NCBI GenBank assembly: GCA_002897675.1
Contig: BDSU01000040.1
Span: 5,201 to 69,200, forward strand
Direction: 5' to 3'
Source of the DNA: a bacterium BMS3Abin02
Lineage (GTDB): Bacteria; Actinomycetota; Acidimicrobiia; Spongiisociales; UBA4744
Length of the DNA stretch: 64,000 nucleotides
A model generated the notes under the pieces. That model was not told the DNA's origin. It was given only the letters and a program-made list of their open reading frames with translations, and did no database searches. Positions 29,412 to 40,546 of the stretch are shown here, one piece after another. The number at the start of each line of letters is the position of its first letter. Position 1 is the first letter of the stretch. Both the position numbers and the translations under genes were made by a program.

Positions 29412-30126
29412 TAGGAAGTACTTAGCCTTACGAGGTGGTCCTCGCAGATTCACACGGGATATCCCCCGTGCTACTTGGGAACTCCACCAGGAGATCGATA
29501 CGCCTTCGCCTACAGGGCTGTTACCTTCTGCGGCCTGTCGTTCCAGACAGGTTCAGCTAACGCTCGATTTTGTAACTCCTTGACGGGTCCGGTGTCCCGT
29601 CGGGTAGGTCCCACGACCTCGGTATGGCAACGCCACCGGGCTATTCCACCACACCGGTTTAGGCTCATTCCCTTTCGCTCGCCGCTACTCGGGAAGTCGC
29701 TCTTGCTTTCCGTTCCTCGGGGTACTGAGATGTTTCAATTCCCCCGGTTCCCTCTCTCGGCCCTATATATTCAGACCGGAGTGACCAGGCATTACCCCAG
29801 TCGGGTTTCCCCATTCGGACATCCCCGGATCGAAGCTCGCTTGACAGCTCCCCGGGGCTTTTCGCAGCCTGCCGCGTCCTTCTTCGGCTCCTAGCGCCAA
29901 GGCATCCATCGTAGACCCTTAGTAGCTTGGATAGATAGAATCCAAAACGTTATACATGCTCGCTATGCAGTTCTCAAGGTGCCGTCAAGAGAGACGATCC
30001 TCAGACCGAACTCCCTCACAACTAAACAGCGTGCCATGTTCACCTTCAAAACCGGAGTCCCTCCGGTAAACAATACTCAGTAAATCAACTAAGAGCTACG
30101 AGGCCTGAGCCTCGGGTTTGCTCCTT

Positions 30127-31657
<1,531 letters not shown>

Positions 31658-31797
31658 TACAGATTCAGGCTTCCCCGAAGGGTCGCCATCACACTGTCAG
31701 AGAGGTTTCCTGCTGCATCTCGAGCTTGACATCCCGAGACGCGCTGGAGTACGTCCACCTCGAACGGCGAGCCGCCGAGATGGATTACTGACTATTT

Positions 31798-31824
31798 GGC
31801 ACGCTGTTTAGTTGTCAAGGAGCC
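31798..31824 (-). promoter_or_regulatory. rrn leader boxA-like element and 16S processing-stem arm
   Basis: GCTCCTTGACAACTAAACAGCGTGCC; complementary to ITS 30018-30035; a matching stem flanks 23S (25593-25608 vs 29953-29968). Confidence 0.6.
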
Positions 31825-31936
31825 CGGAGCGCTCAGACAACGTCTGGGCAGCGTTCCAACCCCTGGGGGTTTCAATTCGCCCCACCGACTCGTGTCGGCA
31901 GGCACCGACCCCGGCGGGCGACCCCCGGGGAATGGA

Positions 31937-31964
31937 ACTGTAACTGTTTCAGGATGCTTGTCAA
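31937..31964 (-). promoter_or_regulatory. rrn promoter TTGACA-N16-TACAGT
   Basis: Consensus -35 with a 16-nt spacer, about 280 nt upstream of 16S. Confidence 0.7.
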
Positions 31965-32081
31965 GCCGGGCATGGAGAAGCGCCAGATCGCGACGCGTCG
32001 CCCAAGTGGCCGCGATTCCCTTCGCCGCCAGGTTTCGCCATCGGCGAGGAAACGACGAGAATGGCGGGGCAAGGAGACAGT

Positions 32082-32927
32082 ATGTTCCACATTCTTCAGG
32101 CCGAGTTCCTCGCTCCCGAGGTGAAGCGCTTCCATGTCGAGGCGCCTCGCATCGCTCGGAAACGTTTGCCAGGACAGTTCGTCATCATACGACTGGACGA
32201 ATACGGCGAACGGATCCCCTTGACGATCAGTGATGCAGATGTCACCGAGGGCTGGATCTCCCTGATCGTGCAGGCAGTCGGCAAGACAACTATGGCCCTC
32301 AACCTGCTGGAAGCGGGCGATTCGATCACCGACGTGGCCGGTCCGCTGGGCGTTCCCTCACACATCGAGAACTTCGGAACGGCCGTGTCCATCGGTGGAG
32401 GTGTGGGAACCGCCATCGCCTACCCCACCGCCGTTGCGCTCAAAGAAGCGGGAAACCACGTCATCTCCATCATCGGAGGTCGCAGCAGAGAGTATGTCAT
32501 CCTCGAAAAGGAACTCCGCGAAGCCTGCGATGAGGTCTACCCGACAACGGACGACGGCAGTTACGGATTCCACGGTTTCGTCACCGAGAAGCTACAGGAA
32601 CTCATCGACACCGGGCGGAGGATCGACCACGTCCTTGCCATCGGCCCGATTCCGATGATGAAAGCCGTGGCCAACGTAACCAGACCCTACGGCATCAAGA
32701 CGGTCGTGAGCCTGAATCCGATCATGGTGGACGGCACCGGCATGTGCGGTGGTTGTCGTGTCGGCGTCGGGGGCGAGACCAAGTTCGCGTGCGTCGATGG
32801 CCCCGAATTCGACGCTCACGAAGTGGATTTCGAACTCCTCACTCTCCGGAATCGCACGTATCTCGAGTTCGAGCGCCAGAAGCTCACCGAATTCCGGTGC
32901 AGAGCACAGAGCGGAGACATCGCATGA
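32082..32927 (+). CDS. nfnA: NfnA/SudB-type FAD/NAD-binding [2Fe-2S] subunit
   Basis: PGQFVI, GERIPLTI, GGGVGTA, MVDGTGMCGGCRV, FACVDGPEFD. Confidence 0.85.
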   Translation: MFHILQAEFLAPEVKRFHVEAPRIARKRLPGQFVIIRLDEYGERIPLTISDADVTEGWISLIVQAVGKTTMALNLLEAGDSITDVAGPLGVPSHIENFGTAVSIGGGVGTAIAYPTAVALKEAGNHVISIIGGRSREYVILEKELREACDEVYPTTDDGSYGFHGFVTEKLQELIDTGRRIDHVLAIGPIPMMKAVANVTRPYGIKTVVSLNPIMVDGTGMCGGCRVGVGGETKFACVDGPEFDAHEVDFELLTLRNRTYLEFERQKLTEFRCRAQSGDIA

Positions 32928-34381
32928 TCAGTCGGAAAGAACGGATGCAGTTGCCGAGAGTCGACATGCCCGCGCAGGATCCACTCGCGCGCATCTCCAA
33001 CTTCGGAGAAGTCAACTTGGGACTGAACGAGGCTGCGGCGGTGCTCGAAGCATCCCGCTGCCTCCTCTGTCCCGTGGCGAAATGCGAAGACGGCTGTCCC
33101 GTCAGTATCCGTATCAAGGACTTCCTCGCCGAGATGGCGGAAGGTCACTTCTCGGAAGCGATACGGCTCATCAAGGAGGACAATTCGCTCCCGGCCATCT
33201 GTGGTCGTGTGTGCCCTCAGGAGATCCAGTGCGAAGGCGCGTGTGTCCTCATCAGGAAGGGTCGTCCGATCGCGATCGGCGCACTCGAGCGCTTCCTCGC
33301 CGACTACGAACGCGAGCATGCTCCTCCCAAGAAACAGCGCACGTTCTCACCGTCCGGCAAACGCGTCGCGATCGTCGGTAGCGGGCCCGCGGGACTCGCG
33401 TGTGCAGCCGACCTGATACAGGCGGGTCACCAGGTAACCGTTTTCGAAGCCCTGCACGAGCTCGGCGGCGTGCTCGTCTACGGCATCCCCGAATACCGCC
33501 TCCCAAAAGAGATCGTTCGTGTCGAGATCCAGCAGCTCGAGGACATGGGAGTCGAGTTCCGCACGGACGAGGTGATCGGCATGATCGACACGCTCGACGA
33601 CCTCCTCGACGAAGAGGGGTATGACGCCGTGTTCCTGGGCGTGGGAGCAGGTCTTCCTCGCTTCATGGGCATCCCGGGCGAGAACCTCGTTGGCGTCTAC
33701 TCGGCCAACGAGTACCTCACCCGCGTCAACTTGATGAAGGCGTACCTCCCGGAGTCGGACACACCGGTACTCGACGTGCGCGGGAAGCCGGTCGCTGTCG
33801 TCGGCGGAGGCAATACCGCCATGGATGCCGTGCGCACCCCGCTGCGACTCGGTGCCGCCAAGGCGTCGATCGTCTACCGCCGGTCCGAGGAAGAGATGCC
33901 CGCTCGACAAGAAGAGGTCGAGCACGCCAAGGAGGAAGGTGTCGATTTCGTCCTGCTGTCTGCCCCGGTGGAGATATTCGGTGATGAGAGTGCCCGCGTC
34001 ACCGGGATGCGCATTCAGAAGATGGAGTTGGGGGAACCCGATGAGAGTGGCAGACGTCGGCCCGTGCCCATCGAGGGCAGCGAATACGATATGCCCGTCG
34101 AGATCGTCATCATGGCGATCGGTAACGCCCCAAATCCCCTCTTGCTCAAGACGGCCCCCGACCTCGAGCAAACACGTCGTGGGACCATCGTTGTCGACGA
34201 GTCCACCGGACGGACCACCAAACGCGGGGTCTTTGCCGGCGGTGACATCGTGACCGGTGGCGCAACCGTGATCCTTGCCATGGGAGCCGGTCGGAAGGCG
34301 GCGCAATCCATCAGCGAGTATCTGGAGACGGGCGTATGGGAGATCGAAGAGGCGGAACCTGAGCCATCACCCGCGACGTAG
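32924..34381 (+). CDS. nfnB: NfnB/SudA-type NADPH-dependent flavoprotein (GltD-like)
   Basis: RCLLC..CEDGCP, CGRVCPQE.QCEG.C, GSGPAG, GGGNTAMD, YRR, FAGGDIVTGGATVILAM. Confidence 0.87.
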   Translation: MISRKERMQLPRVDMPAQDPLARISNFGEVNLGLNEAAAVLEASRCLLCPVAKCEDGCPVSIRIKDFLAEMAEGHFSEAIRLIKEDNSLPAICGRVCPQEIQCEGACVLIRKGRPIAIGALERFLADYEREHAPPKKQRTFSPSGKRVAIVGSGPAGLACAADLIQAGHQVTVFEALHELGGVLVYGIPEYRLPKEIVRVEIQQLEDMGVEFRTDEVIGMIDTLDDLLDEEGYDAVFLGVGAGLPRFMGIPGENLVGVYSANEYLTRVNLMKAYLPESDTPVLDVRGKPVAVVGGGNTAMDAVRTPLRLGAAKASIVYRRSEEEMPARQEEVEHAKEEGVDFVLLSAPVEIFGDESARVTGMRIQKMELGEPDESGRRRPVPIEGSEYDMPVEIVIMAIGNAPNPLLLKTAPDLEQTRRGTIVVDESTGRTTKRGVFAGGDIVTGGATVILAMGAGRKAAQSISEYLETGVWEIEEAEPEPSPAT

Positions 34382-34501
34382 ATGTCTCGGTCACCTCGAG
34401 CGTCACCCATGTGGCGCTCCCGGCTCGAATCGGCTGCGCCGGATAGACGTGCCACCGCCCGAGGCGTACCTTCGGGCACTGCTCGAGGAAGCGTCGATGC
34501 T

Positions 34502-35359
34502 TTACGAAAGCTCGAGCAGATCCCGTAGATCCCAGAAGGCTGTCCATGCGGCCTCATGCCATCGCAGACGATCTTGTGCAACTCCGGCGCCATAGGACGC
34601 CAGGACCTCCCGACGTTCGTCTCCGGCCACGCATCGGTCTGCGCAAAGCAGATGGCCCAGATCCCACACCGGATCTCCCAGGGCCAGCAGGTCCCAATCG
34701 ATGACCACGACACCGCCGTCCACGGCCAGGAGGTTTCGTGAGAAGAAATCCCCGTGAACGAGTGTGGGACTCGAACAATCGGGCTCTTCGGATGCGAGGA
34801 CCCCCCTGGCCTCTTGGGCCAGATCGGCTCGTTCGAGATGCCAGCCTGGATGCCGTAGATTCAGCTGCCCGGAATACTCGGCGATGCCCCGAACGATTCG
34901 ATCTCTATTCGGACGCGAACGCCTCACCAGCGTCTGCAGGTCGCCCGAAAGATCCGAGGGACGGATCCGATGCAGCCGCGACAAGGCCCCGGCTGCACGG
35001 AGTCGGGCAGAATGTGCCCAATCTCCGCCGCCAACCGTCTCGGAGACGATGGCAGCTTCGCCTCCGGACGCCTTCATGCCGATCACCTGCGGCACACGAA
35101 TGCCAAAGCGTGGGACTTCGACGAGTGCCAGACTGTGTTTCCTCGCCGTATCGATCGGGCCAAGACCGGAGTAATCGTCCATACCACGCTTGTAGATCTT
35201 GATGTGAAGATCCTTCTCACCGGCGCGGGTACGGACCCGACAGCGAGCCACACTGCATCCGCTACCCCCACCCACCTGGACCATGGCCGTTACGTCGCAT
35301 CTTGGATCGACGATCTGTCGAAACCAGGCCTGGACGTCGGCCATCGTCCCGGCGTTCAC
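34502..35359 (-). CDS. Aminoglycoside phosphotransferase/choline kinase-like protein
   Basis: GGGSG loop, IKIY, LVHGDFFSRNLL, VIDWD; GTGA overlap with the tyrS stop. Confidence 0.8.
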   Translation of the reverse strand: MNAGTMADVQAWFRQIVDPRCDVTAMVQVGGGSGCSVARCRVRTRAGEKDLHIKIYKRGMDDYSGLGPIDTARKHSLALVEVPRFGIRVPQVIGMKASGGEAAIVSETVGGGDWAHSARLRAAGALSRLHRIRPSDLSGDLQTLVRRSRPNRDRIVRGIAEYSGQLNLRHPGWHLERADLAQEARGVLASEEPDCSSPTLVHGDFFSRNLLAVDGGVVVIDWDLLALGDPVWDLGHLLCADRCVAGDERREVLASYGAGVAQDRLRWHEAAWTAFWDLRDLLELS

Positions 35360-36534
35360 TCGATCAACCGGACGAAACGCCGCTTTCCGACTTGGAGGAC
35401 CCTCTGGCGCAGCGTGGCATGGGGAACCTCGAACGTGCCTATCCGCTCGCCGTCGATCTTGACAGCTCCCCCATCGATCAACCGTCTCGCCTCCGACGCC
35501 GAAGCCACGAGCCCCGCAGATCGCAAGAGAGAGGGAAGATAGACGGGGTCTTCTCCCGGTAGCCGGAATTCGAGAGTGTCTTGCGGCGCTTCGTGCCGTT
35601 TGAACACCTGATCGAAAGCCGCCTCCGCCGCCAGGGCTTCGTCGGCTCCCCAGTAGATCTTCACGATCTCGGATCCGAGACGCCGCTTGGTTTCACCCGG
35701 ATGCAAAGAGCCGTCGGACAGGCCTTTGGCGATGTCGGCGACATCCGCCTCCGAGACGTCCGTGCAAAGCTCGAAGTAGGAGACGAGCAGTTCGTCGGGG
35801 ATGCTCATGATCTTGCCGAACATCTCGGCGGGTGCATCATCGATCGCGATGTAGTTGCCCAGCGACTGGGACATCTTGTGAACACCGTCGGTGCCGACAA
35901 GCAGGGGCATCGTCATCGGAATCTGCGGATCCTGACCGGCGCGCTCCTGAAGTACCCGCCCCACCATCAGGTTCCAGAGCTGGTCCGATCCCCCGAGCTC
36001 GATATCTGCCCTGACCGCCACCGAGTCCATGCCTTGCAGGAGGGGATAGACGAACTCCATGAGCGTGATCGGTTGTCTTGCCGCATACCGCTTGGCAAAG
36101 TCGCCGCGCTCGAGCATCTGTGCGACCGTGACCTGAGAGGTGAGCTCGAGGATCGCTTCCATGTCGAGGTTCGCGAGCCACTCCGAGTTGTGGCGGATCT
36201 CCAACGGTTCCGGAAGCAGGATCTTGCGGAATCCGGCCAGCACGCGCTCTGCGTACGCGCCGACCTCATCGGCCGACAGTCTCCGTCGAGTTTCACTCTT
36301 GCCGGAAGGATCGCCGACCTGAGCGGTGAAATCCCCGATGATCAACACTGCGATGTGGCCGTGTTCCTGAAACTGGCGAAGCTTCCGTAGGACCACCGCC
36401 CAACCGAGGGTAACCGCCGGAGCGGTGGGATCGAGGCCGAGTTTCACTCTGAGCGGCCGTTTCGATGCCAGGCGGCTCGCGAGGGCCTCCTCGGTCACCA
36501 CCCGTTCCGTTCCTCGCAGCAGTACGTCGAGCAT
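35356..36534 (-). CDS. tyrS: Tyrosine--tRNA ligase
   Basis: KLGLDPTAP, IGDFTA..GDPSGK, YPLLQG.D, GGSDQ, KMSQS, C-terminal S4 domain. Confidence 0.96.
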   Translation of the reverse strand: MLDVLLRGTERVVTEEALASRLASKRPLRVKLGLDPTAPAVTLGWAVVLRKLRQFQEHGHIAVLIIGDFTAQVGDPSGKSETRRRLSADEVGAYAERVLAGFRKILLPEPLEIRHNSEWLANLDMEAILELTSQVTVAQMLERGDFAKRYAARQPITLMEFVYPLLQGMDSVAVRADIELGGSDQLWNLMVGRVLQERAGQDPQIPMTMPLLVGTDGVHKMSQSLGNYIAIDDAPAEMFGKIMSIPDELLVSYFELCTDVSEADVADIAKGLSDGSLHPGETKRRLGSEIVKIYWGADEALAAEAAFDQVFKRHEAPQDTLEFRLPGEDPVYLPSLLRSAGLVASASEARRLIDGGAVKIDGERIGTFEVPHATLRQRVLQVGKRRFVRLIE

Positions 36535-36678
36535 CTATCCTCCTTCGAAAGGGCAGGTTAGTGGCCCGGGCCCCTACCCACTCGCACCAAATCCGTGGCT
36601 TCGCGTGGCATCTCGGTACCCTGGCTCTCACATGGTGTGTCGTCCTCAAAACCCGCCGTGGCCGATGGACGACCAAGG

Positions 36679-39069
36679 ATGGCTATGAAGCGTTGGTTGC
36701 TACTCCTTGCAGGCTTTGCGCTGCTCGCAGCGTCATGCCGGCTGGAACCCATCGATGATCCCGGGTTGGGCACACGGGGCTTGACCACGATCGTCTATGC
36801 CTCCGATGGCTCCGTGCTCGCCCAGTGGCATGCAGAGGAAGACCGGGCACTTGTCGGTTATGACGAGCTACCCCGCTCTCTCATCGATGCAGTCGTCGCC
36901 ATCGAAGATGAACGGTACTGGGAACACGCCGGTGTCGATCTTCACGCCCTGGCTCGTGCCATTGTCGCAAACCTCGACGCGGGCGGCGTTGTACAAGGCG
37001 CCTCCACCATCACGCAGCAATACCTGAAGAATGTCGTGCTCACTCCCGAAGTCACCCTCGACCGCAAGCTCACCGAGGCCGCCCTCGCCCTGCGCCTCGA
37101 AGAAGGGCTCACGAAGGAGCAGATCCTCGAGCGCTACCTCAACACCGTCTACTTCGGTGATGGTGCCTACGGCGTCGGTACGGCGACGGCACATTTCTTT
37201 GGCAAAGCCCCGGCAGACCTCACCGTGGGCGAGGCTGCTCTCCTCGCCGGACTCATTCGGTCGCCATCCGACACCGATCCCTATCGGCACCCCGATGCCG
37301 CCCTACGGCGTCGCAGGGTCGTCCTCAACAAGATGGTCGAACTGGGTTGGCTCAGTCCCGAAGATGCGGAGACTGCCGACCAGGAGCCTCTGATCCTCCG
37401 ACCGCGTGATCGCAGCAACGAAGATCGCTACCCGTACTTCACCGAAGAGGTGAAGCGACGCCTCCTCGACGACCCGAGCCTCGGAGCGACTCCTCAGGAC
37501 CGATACAACGCGCTCTTCAGAGGTGGCCTGCGCATCTACACGACCATCGATCCAGTGGCGCAGGAGGCGGCGCGAGCTGCCGTGGCGTCGGTGATCGAGG
37601 GGGCCAACCCGTCTGCCGCACTGGCTGCCGTGGACCCCCGCACCGGCCATGTGCTGGCGTTGGTCGGCGGTCGGGACTTCTACGACCCGACTGACCCGCA
37701 CGCCCAGTTCAATCTCGCAGTTCAGGCCCGCCGCCAACCCGGTTCTTCGTTCAAGCCCTTTGTGTTGGCGGCTGCCCTCGAGCAAGGCTTCACGCTCGAT
37801 TCGGTGTTCCAGGGCGGTCGGTCGATAACGATCGAGACCGACTCCGGGCCTTGGCTCGTGGAGAACTACAACGACGCCGTGTTTCCGAATCTGACGCTGC
37901 TCGAAGGCACCGTATACAGCGTCAACGTGGTCTATGCGCAAGTCGTCGACGCGATTGGCGCTCAGCATGTCGTCGACGTCGCCAAGGCGGCAGGTATCAC
38001 AACAGACCTCCGGCCGTTCCCCGCCATCGCCCTCGGAGCTCAAGAGGTCACCCCACTGGACATGGCCTCTGCGTATGGAACGTTCGCCGCCGACGGCATC
38101 CATGTCGATCCGATTTTCGTCACCGCCATCGAGACACACGATGGCGTGAATATCTGGGAAGCAATTCCGATCGTCACTCAGGCGATGAGCAAGGACGTGG
38201 CACAGTCCGTCACCGCGGCACTCACAGAGACGGTTCGCCGCGGCACAGGCCAGCAGGCGAAGATCGGACGACCGATCGCCGGCAAGACCGGAACCTCGCA
38301 AGAGCACCGTGATGCGTGGTTCGTCGGGTACACGCCGGAACTCTCTGCAGCCATATGGGTCGGCTTTGCAGAAGGTCAGGTTTCCATGGAGCCCCCGACG
38401 ACTCCCTTCACGATCACCGGGGGGTCCTGGCCGGCGCAGATCTGGGCGCGTTTCGCGTCCGGGGCGCTCGCGGGCACTCCGTATGGCCAGCTCGCCGAGG
38501 CCGACACGGAAGGCATGGTCACGGTGGAAGTCGACCTCTCGACGGGTTTCCTCGCCGGCCCGTACTGCCCCAGGTCTCATGTCGCTCGCATTCGCGTCCC
38601 GGCCGATCAGGTCCCGACAGTGGTATGTCCGGTCCACAATCCCGCCGGCGTGGTCCAAGCGGGCGCTGCGACCGTTCCCGACGTGATCGGACTCGACCTC
38701 GGGTCCGCCGTCGAGGCGTTGACGACTGCCGGCTTCACCAACCGCATCGTTTGGACCGATGGCGGGGCTCTTGCCCAAGGGACGGTGTTCAATCAGAGCC
38801 CATCCGCCGGCTTCCCTGCTCAGGCGGGAAGCCGGATTCGCATCGTCGTCGCGGGCCCGGAGCCCGGATCGGTCATCCCATCGCTGCTCGGTTTTCCCGT
38901 GGGTCAGGCGGTTGCGGAACTGCAAGCGATTGGCGCTGCAGTGAGAATCGTCACCGAGCCAGAAGCGAATCCTGACGATGCAGCCCGGCGAACTGGAGTC
39001 GTGTGGAAGCAGGAACCCGTCCCCGGCACGTCCGCCGGTCAACCGGTCACGCTGTGGGCCAACCCTTGA
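36679..39069 (+). CDS. Class A penicillin-binding protein with C-terminal PASTA domains
   Basis: EDERY.EH.GVD, QGASTITQQ, RK..E, YLN..YFG; SxxK (PGSSFKP), SVN, KTGT; two PASTA-like repeats. Confidence 0.92.
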   Translation: MAMKRWLLLLAGFALLAASCRLEPIDDPGLGTRGLTTIVYASDGSVLAQWHAEEDRALVGYDELPRSLIDAVVAIEDERYWEHAGVDLHALARAIVANLDAGGVVQGASTITQQYLKNVVLTPEVTLDRKLTEAALALRLEEGLTKEQILERYLNTVYFGDGAYGVGTATAHFFGKAPADLTVGEAALLAGLIRSPSDTDPYRHPDAALRRRRVVLNKMVELGWLSPEDAETADQEPLILRPRDRSNEDRYPYFTEEVKRRLLDDPSLGATPQDRYNALFRGGLRIYTTIDPVAQEAARAAVASVIEGANPSAALAAVDPRTGHVLALVGGRDFYDPTDPHAQFNLAVQARRQPGSSFKPFVLAAALEQGFTLDSVFQGGRSITIETDSGPWLVENYNDAVFPNLTLLEGTVYSVNVVYAQVVDAIGAQHVVDVAKAAGITTDLRPFPAIALGAQEVTPLDMASAYGTFAADGIHVDPIFVTAIETHDGVNIWEAIPIVTQAMSKDVAQSVTAALTETVRRGTGQQAKIGRPIAGKTGTSQEHRDAWFVGYTPELSAAIWVGFAEGQVSMEPPTTPFTITGGSWPAQIWARFASGALAGTPYGQLAEADTEGMVTVEVDLSTGFLAGPYCPRSHVARIRVPADQVPTVVCPVHNPAGVVQAGAATVPDVIGLDLGSAVEALTTAGFTNRIVWTDGGALAQGTVFNQSPSAGFPAQAGSRIRIVVAGPEPGSVIPSLLGFPVGQAVAELQAIGAAVRIVTEPEANPDDAARRTGVVWKQEPVPGTSAGQPVTLWANP

Positions 39070-39070
39070 C

Positions 39071-39123
39071 CCGTTCTCGTGACGTTTCGATAGGACTATT
39101 CCCTCGAAGCGTCACGAGGACGG
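39071..39123. repeat. Palindrome with 20-bp arms between convergent PBP and mpg genes (bidirectional terminator or REP-like)
   Basis: ccgttctcgtgacgtttcga-N13-tcgaagcgtcacgaggacgg, two G.T pairs. Confidence 0.75.
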
Positions 39124-39657
39124 GATGATCGTGAAGCGCCACGGTCGCTCCTTCTCCCTGCTGATCCCGACGCGGCCTCCGGCCAACACGGTCTGCGACG
39201 GGGGGACTGCAGGCACGTGCAGTCTCACGGGCCCTTCGAACAGGCTCGTCCCATTCTGATTCCCGGTGATCCCCAACGCCTGGCAGAGCTTCCCGGGGCC
39301 GTCACACAGATGGTCCGTCCTTCCCCGGCGTCGCTGCATCGTCTCTTCCCCTTCTGTCGGCACACCGGCTCTGAGCAGGACCGCCTCCCCCGTTCCCACC
39401 GCCCCCGTGACCACGTTGGCACACCAGTGCACACCGTAGGATCGGTACACGTAGAGCGTGCCCGCGGGGCCGAACATCGCTCTGTTGCGCTCGTTGACAC
39501 CCCCGAAGGCGTGGCTGGCCGGGTCGTCGCCTCCACCGTACGCCTCCACTTCGGTGAGCATCACTTCTGTGAGGACACCGGCGAACTCGGTCCGGAGTCG
39601 CGCGCCGAGCAGCCGTTTCGCGACCTCCTCAACCGGACCTTCGGGCAGGGAGGTCAC
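39112..39657 (-). CDS. mpg: 3-methyladenine DNA glycosylase (MPG/AAG family)
   Basis: EVEAY.G.DDPASH, YVYRSYGVH, AVLLRA, GPGKLCQALGI, RVGIS. Confidence 0.93.
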   Translation of the reverse strand: MTSLPEGPVEEVAKRLLGARLRTEFAGVLTEVMLTEVEAYGGGDDPASHAFGGVNERNRAMFGPAGTLYVYRSYGVHWCANVVTGAVGTGEAVLLRAGVPTEGEETMQRRRGRTDHLCDGPGKLCQALGITGNQNGTSLFEGPVRLHVPAVPPSQTVLAGGRVGISREKERPWRFTIIPSS

Positions 39658-40544
39658 TCGAACAGGTGCAGAAGCAAGGCTTTGAACGTGTGCAACCGAT
39701 TCTCCGCCTGATCGAATACCCGAGATCGATCGTGGTCGAGGACCGCGTCGGTGACTTCACTCCCCCGGTGTGCCGGCAAACAGTGCAGGAAGATTGCGTC
39801 TTCTCCCGCCTGGTCGAAGAGAGCGAGATCGACACGATACGGTGAGAACACACGGTTGCGCTCCTGCGCTTCCGCCTCCTGACCCATCGATGCCCAGACG
39901 TCCGTGTAGACGACGTCGGCACCTCGCACCGCTTCCTCGGCGTCGTTGGTGACCAACACGTCACCGAACGATTCGGCCTTCGCGACATACTCGGGATCAG
40001 GCTCGTATCCAACAGGTGTGGCAATACGAACCTTCATCTCCATCATCGCGGCACCGACCATCAATGAATGAACGACGTTGTTCCCATCGCCAACGTAGGC
40101 GAGCGTCGTGCCGGCCATGGGTCGGTCCTCGGCGATGGTCTGTAGATCTGCCAGGGCCTGGCATGGATGCTCCACGTCCGAGAGCAGGTTGACCACGGGA
40201 GCTTGCGCCTGCTCGGCGACTTCGACCAGGTCGGAATGCTTGAACACTCGCATGGCGATCACGTCCAGATACCGATCCAGAACGGCTGCGACGTCCTTGA
40301 CGGCCTCGCGGCTGCCGAAACCGACTTCCTGTTGACCGAGTACGACAGGAATGGCACCCAGCTGAGCCGATGCCAGCTCCGTCGAGACACGGGTGCGCGT
40401 CGACGGCTTCTGGAAGAACAAGCCGACGGATCGTCCTGTCAGGCGTCCGGCCACGGCGGACGGATCACGGCGGACGGATTCGGCGCGGGCCAGCACGGCG
40501 CGCAGTTGATCTGGTTTCAGGTCGTCGATACGCAGAAAGTCCAT
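39654..40544 (-). CDS. argF: Ornithine carbamoyltransferase
   Basis: STRTR, HPCQALAD, DVWASMG, HCLP, QAENR. Confidence 0.95.
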   Translation of the reverse strand: MDFLRIDDLKPDQLRAVLARAESVRRDPSAVAGRLTGRSVGLFFQKPSTRTRVSTELASAQLGAIPVVLGQQEVGFGSREAVKDVAAVLDRYLDVIAMRVFKHSDLVEVAEQAQAPVVNLLSDVEHPCQALADLQTIAEDRPMAGTTLAYVGDGNNVVHSLMVGAAMMEMKVRIATPVGYEPDPEYVAKAESFGDVLVTNDAEEAVRGADVVYTDVWASMGQEAEAQERNRVFSPYRVDLALFDQAGEDAIFLHCLPAHRGSEVTDAVLDHDRSRVFDQAENRLHTFKALLLHLFE

Positions 40545-40546
40545 GG

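Noticed and set aside
29933..30126. tRNA genes in the 16S-23S spacer
   Set aside because: About 195 nt with processing stems only and no cloverleaf, as is usual in Actinomycetota
34502..35359. Aminoglycoside resistance gene
   Set aside because: Only generic APH/choline kinase fold motifs, in a housekeeping context
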